Shown: in pieces, positions 26,408 to 26,546 of the stretch
Numbering within the stretch: position 1 is the stretch's first letter
How the letters are laid out: each line of letters starts with the position of its first letter
Assembly (NCBI RefSeq): GCF_035285525.1
Contig: NZ_JAYKGW010000001.1
Coordinates: 1-26,546, forward strand
DNA length: 26,546 nucleotides
Direction: 5' to 3'
From: Okeania sp.
GTDB taxonomy: Bacteria; Cyanobacteriota; Cyanobacteriia; Cyanobacteriales; Microcoleaceae
Made by a program: the position numbers and the translations under genes
The notes under the pieces: generated by a model
Databases searched by the model: none
Seen by the model: only the letters and a program-made list of their open reading frames with translations
What the model was told of the DNA's origin: nothing

Positions 26408-26546
26408 TTATTCATTATTATGGTTAATTTGGTCAAAACATTTGGATATATCAGCATCTAATACATACTTGGGTTTATGGTTGATGCTGACATAGATTGC
26501 CTCAATGGCATCATGTGTTGACCCCCGGAAAAGACCATAACTATTA
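26408..26546 (-). pseudogene. Fragment of a group II intron-type reverse transcriptase (RT domain blocks about 1-3), prematurely ended
   Basis: Not in the ORF track because it runs off the window end. The minus strand translates as NSYGLFRGSTHDAIEAIYVSINHKPKYVLDADISKCFDQINHNNE-stop. The patterns GFRPGRSxHDAI and xLDADIxKCFDxINH are typical of bacterial group II intron maturases, which normally continue about 300 aa beyond this point. I saw no intron domain V/VI-like sequence downstream. Confidence 0.5.

Overview
This window is chromosomal DNA from a filamentous, Nostocales-type cyanobacterium. Supporting evidence: I count ten exact copies of the HIP1 palindrome GCGATCGC, there are G-rich 7-8 nt tandem arrays (STRR-like), small dispersed repeats are very dense, and phycoerythrin genes are present. 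The window has three blocks. (1) 1-4881 is a core block: a partial lipoprotein gene that is absent from the ORF track, then gpmI, secG and a secreted TPR protein. (2) About 4.9-16.6 kb is an accessory-looking block. It holds an RTX-type Ca-binding protein with a 92-residue pure Asp/Glu tract, and a 1435-aa STAND NTPase (HTH-like N-terminus, restriction-endonuclease-like module, NACHT P-loop, pentapeptide stretch, 14 WD40 repeats). It also holds a second RTX protein with an uncharacterised N-terminal domain, and a Uma2-family nuclease. (3) About 16.6-24.8 kb is a rearranged phycoerythrin cluster. It contains cpeB-cpeA-cpeZ and cpeY on the minus strand, a PE rod linker plus a CpcE/CpeF-like HEAT lyase on the plus strand, and psaK embedded between them. 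It also contains a doubly inactivated four-helix-bundle (23S-IVS/Avd-like) pseudogene. Nearly every intergenic spacer longer than about 300 bp is filled with nested MITE/SDR-like elements from several recognisable families. Some of these have reshaped gene ends or sit directly in front of genes. The window ends in a truncated group II intron-type reverse transcriptase fragment. I saw no rRNA, tRNA or CRISPR array. The best candidate for a poorly described system is the NLR-like NACHT-WD40 protein and its island. All functional calls rest on motif recognition by eye and need database confirmation.
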